Positions 60,601 to 64,000 of a stretch of DNA of 64,000 nucleotides are shown one piece after another. The DNA is from Orbicella franksi (Eukaryota). The stretch lies in assembly GCA_964199315.1 (NCBI GenBank), contig OZ116709.1:8556001-8620000 (forward strand), given 5' to 3'. The notes under the pieces were generated by a model, which was given only the letters and a program-made list of their open reading frames with translations, was not told where the DNA came from and searched no databases. Numbering within the stretch: the stretch's first letter is position 1; the number at the start of each line of letters is the position of its first letter. A program made the position numbers and the translations under genes.

Positions 60601-63600
60601 CAGGCTGAGTGAATATAATAAGAGAAGCAAAGTAAAGAAAAGTAAAAGTTCCGTATTTCCCGCCGTTAGCGTAAACGCCATGCTTAATCTCAGCAACACT
60701 GACTGCTTGCTCAACGCGATACCTACCCAGAGAACCTCTGCTAAAAAGGCAAATCTGAGACTCCGAGACCTTGCGAAAAAAATTTGAGACTCCGAGACCA
60801 AAAGAAACACATGAAAAACGAGACTTCGTGACTCGTCAGGAAAACTTCCAAGATTTCGAGAACGCATCAAAAATTTCCGAGATCCACAATTTTCTGGGTA
60901 CCATTCGCCACCCCTATTGATTGTAACATCTGAGGATATGTACTAAGAAAACATACAACAATTTATTAAACATGCTTTGCAGTAACAGCATTTCTACCTT
61001 AATAAAAAAAACTAATTTTCATGAAGGAAATTGATCGCCACTCGATTGATGTGAAAAGAACTAGGCTAGTCACCAGTACTTTTTGGTCCATAAGGTGACT
61101 TCATGTAGACTGGTAACATGAAATGGAAACCATGTCCATGAAACAGAAGGTTCTTCCCAATTGTTAGCTTCCAAATTGCTTTTTGAAGAAAGAAAACTTA
61201 TTTCAAATTTAATGTGATTCAAATACAAGTATTCAGGCCACTATTTTTTCATGTGCAAGATCTACTTAGTAGGTAAGAAAGGATTTTTGAACAGCTAGAT
61301 TGAATCTGTATGGAAATGATCGAAGGACATCTGGAAAATAAATTGACCATCCAACCCCCACCCCTCCGGAATTTCTTGGGTCTTTTAGCCTCCGCCCCTT
61401 TGGAATTTCCAATTCCCTCCGTGGTGGAGGTATGGATATTTTCGGAACTACACAATACACTATCATATTGGATGCAGCAAATGTTCCGGATATGAAGGAA
61501 AGGGCTGAAAGTACATAATAATCATTATTACAAACTAAATGTCGCCAGTTTGTGACAATTTCAGGAGAAAATCTTTGGAAAGGTTGAATTGGTGGAATGC
61601 TACTTTTGGGCTGAGAAGTTTCAAAATTGGATAACTCCAAGATTTTGATCATTTTAGGTTTGCATCTCTGTTTGTGGAACAACTTACCATGTCCATATTT
61701 GACTGGTTCCATGGCCGTACAATCACTGTCGTTAATACACTTCACATCAGAGAGTTCAGGGTCTTCTGGACATGTACCTTGTGTCTGATCAGGTGTAATG
61801 ATCATGTTTGTCATCACAAAAAAAGCTCCATTTTCCTATGAGAAGAAATAGTCAGTTACATTTTGACAACTTCTAGGAAATGACAAATTCATAAAGGTGT
61901 GCCTTTGTCAAGTTTTAAATGACATTGAATCTAATCCTGTCTGTGCTTGACTTGTACAGCAATGGTATTGAACCCTCTCTCATACCATTGGATCTGCCAA
62001 TCTCATTTCAGTGAGATGAGATTGGCAGAGGGATCTCTGCCAATAATATGGGTAAGAGATCTCATCTCACACCCATCCATGGTTAGCCTCAGTAACAGTC
62101 TAGTTAGCCTAAAAAGAACCTGAATTACCCCCCTCCCCAACCCCTGGAAAAAAGTTGTCATTACATGTAGTTAGCTTGCAGTTAGCCTTAGAGCCAGTAT
62201 GGATTACTGGCTGGCATGGCTTGCTTGCTGTTAGCCTAAATAACACTCCTAATAGCCCATTAAATAGCACTCTGTTTAGCCTTACTTAGCCTAGGTAGCA
62301 AGTGGTGAGCCATTTTATTGGGGATAGAAATCCTGGCTTGCATGTGCACCATGCATGTCACCTATCTTACTCCCAAACCTATCCCACTAACCTGTACACA
62401 CAATCCACTGTGTTCAACACTCATCCCACTGACTTTTACACTCATCCAACTGCCTTCCATGCCAATCCTACTGAATCCCTTTGCCTTCTATCCCACTGTT
62501 CCCAACACCCATTCCACCAACCAGCTGATTTCCACACCCATTCCACCTACTTAAACTGCCAAACCCTCATGCATCCCACTGACATTCACACCACTGATCA
62601 ATCTGACCACTTGCCTGTGGACACCAACTTCCACACCCCTTTCATATTCTCTCACACCTACCCTATCCACTCTCACACCCGTCCCACCAAATCCCTTTGT
62701 CGTCCCACTTTGTGATTGTACTAATCACTGACTAAACTACTGAAATTCACTTCCATTCCATATGCTTCCACACCTACAGGTTTATACAGTGGAACCCCGC
62801 CCTACGGCCACCTTGTTAATACGGTCAATTTATTCTGATCCAAACAAAAGCTCAATATGGCCACCCCGTTAATACAGCCAGATTTTTGTGGCCCATTGGT
62901 GGCCGGTTTAACAGGGTTCCACTGTACCACTGAGCTGATACATCTCAGATCCCACTGACCCACATACCCTGTTCCCTAGCCAATGATCTTCACACTCATC
63001 CCCCCTGACCAACTAACCTTTAAATCTATCACACTGAATGCTCCCCCCCCCCACACACAAAAAAGATCGCTGATCCATTCTCTTCCTTATCCTTGAAAGT
63101 TTCAGTGCATCAAGTGTAGTAATAAGTGATTGTATTTGACATAAAGAAGAATTTGCAGCTACAGAAAATATCCATATCTGCCTCAAGGAATATTACAAGA
63201 AATTCCAAGGGGGAGTGGGGTTTCAAAAGCCAAAATTTATAGAGGAGAGTATGAAGCAAAGCTGCAATTCCCAGGGGTGGGGAGCTCAAACTAAAAACCT
63301 TTCATAGTAGGGAAATGGATATTTTCTGGAATGACACAATTTCTAGATAATTGATGTTGTCTTTGTAGATGTTACCACAAATTAGAACAAACATAAGAAT
63401 GAAAGGACAGCAATTAAAAGAAAAAATAATTTTAGTTTAAAATTGCAAGTAAAAATTGTCAAGTATGAGAGAAGATGAACTTCAGATTAATAAGTAGTCT
63501 ACCTCTGGTGGAATAATGTATTCTTCTGAATCCCATAAATGAATGCCGCCATACAGTGGAAAACTTTGGTTCGAAACATTAGTCAAGTTTGTAAGAGATG

Positions 63601-63677
63601 TTCCTTTCACTTTTGTGGTCACAGAACTGTACGGTATCTCTGTGTCTTGGTAACCTTTCTGGTATATTATAACATAG
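51630..63677 (-). CDS. P2X purinoceptor (P2X4-like ATP-gated cation channel), 5'-partial; first coding exon lies outside the window
   Basis: Minus-strand in-frame exons: 63677-63503, 61835-61688, 57315-57189, 56563-56480, 55603-55477, 54870-54785, 54450-54406, 53869-53779, 53102-53037, 52326-52228 and, less certainly, 51674-51630. Motifs: [111 protein letters not shown]. All 10 ectodomain cysteines are present. Confidence 0.95.
53324..53672. mobile_element. Tc1/mariner-type MITE with 24-bp perfect TIRs and TA TSD
   Basis: TA|ccgtaaatcctcgaattagcgccc ... gggcgctaattcgaggatttacgg|TA, with internal cctcgaataagcgcccc repeats. Confidence 0.9.
54995..55190 (+). mobile_element. tRNA-derived SINE (decayed) in a P2X intron
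   Basis: A-box TAGCTCAGTTGG, damaged B-box GGTGTGAATCCC, and a non-tRNA tail. It cannot fold as a tRNA. Confidence 0.7.
57370..57557. mobile_element. MITE family with gttccagaaaatatccatac-type ends; several copies in P2X introns
   Basis: Inverted ends gtggttccagaaaatgtcc / ggatatcttctgaaac. Related copies at about 57855-57965, 61350-61460 and 63155-63340. Confidence 0.6.
58999..60916. mobile_element. Non-autonomous hAT-like DNA transposon (about 1.9 kb) in a P2X intron
   Basis: TIRs taggggg-tggcgaatggta / taccattcgccacccc-ta (one indel). Flanking duplication TTGAT (58994-58998 and 60917-60921), or ATTGATT if the ends are AGGGG/CCCCT. Dense subterminal (C)CGAGAC motifs at both ends. No transposase ORF. 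Confidence 0.8.
62330..62770. repeat. C/A-rich degenerate minisatellite
   Basis: Recurrent actcatcccactgac / cacacccattcc-like units. It explains the His/Thr/Pro-rich ORFs 62302-62715 and 62318-62554. Confidence 0.65.
62787..62924. mobile_element. Tc1/mariner (pogo/Tigger-like) MITE with TA TSD
   Basis: TA|cagtggaaccc ... gggttccactg|TA, with internal inverted ggccacc/ggtggcc repeats; 138 bp. Confidence 0.85.
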
Positions 63678-64000
63678 CTGAAAAAAATTTATTTCAAATT
63701 ACTTATTGATAATAAATGTCCAAGAAAGCAGACCAAGATGAATGTAAGGATTTCGCTTTGGCCTCGCTTTCTGAACGACAAAATTTCTTTATGTGATGTG
63801 AAACAATTGCTGTAAAATTGGTATGTTCAGTAATGGATCACAGGTGAAGTCAATATGCAGTAAGAACAAAAGAGTGGCACATGAGGTGATAGCCGAGTGT
63901 GTCACTGATGTTCTTACCACATTTCGATGTCTTCAATGCTATATCACTGAACAGCCCATGGAATTTATCTGTTTACAATCTATCTGTTTATATCATATCA

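Noticed and set aside
62302-62715. His/Thr/Pro-rich ORF
   Set aside because: Translation of a C/A-rich minisatellite in a P2X intron.

Overview
Animal genomic DNA, AT-rich with spliceosomal introns. The repeat types look like those of a stony coral or other anthozoan (inference; the species cannot be determined). Four host genes are supported. (1) The 3' part of an intronless-looking BTB-BACK-PHR gene (+, 3-1022). (2) A 3-exon PA14 + GT7 beta-1,4-GalNAc-transferase, B4GALNT3/4-like (+, 6598-10405). (3) A complete 28-coding-exon HEATR6 orthologue (+, 14088-37410). (4) A P2X purinoceptor lacking only its first coding exon (-, 51630-63677). Mobile DNA includes a 5'-truncated L1/Tx1 LINE with a 10-bp TSD inserted into the end of a hairpin-rich repeat, and a full-length but decayed BEL/Pao LTR element in HEATR6 intron 5. 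There is also a CR1-group LINE with a (TAAA)n tail, a tyrosine-recombinase remnant, a 1.9-kb hAT-like element in a P2X intron, and many SINEs/MITEs. The 41-50.7 kb interval is a gene-poor repeat mosaic. I found no convincing new multi-gene system. The best leads are unusual TE target and TSD features, methylation-type TE decay, odd splice sites, and a possible stop/readthrough structure in the glycosyltransferase. All exon structures were assembled by eye from GT/GC-AG sites and reading-frame continuity; no database searches were run.
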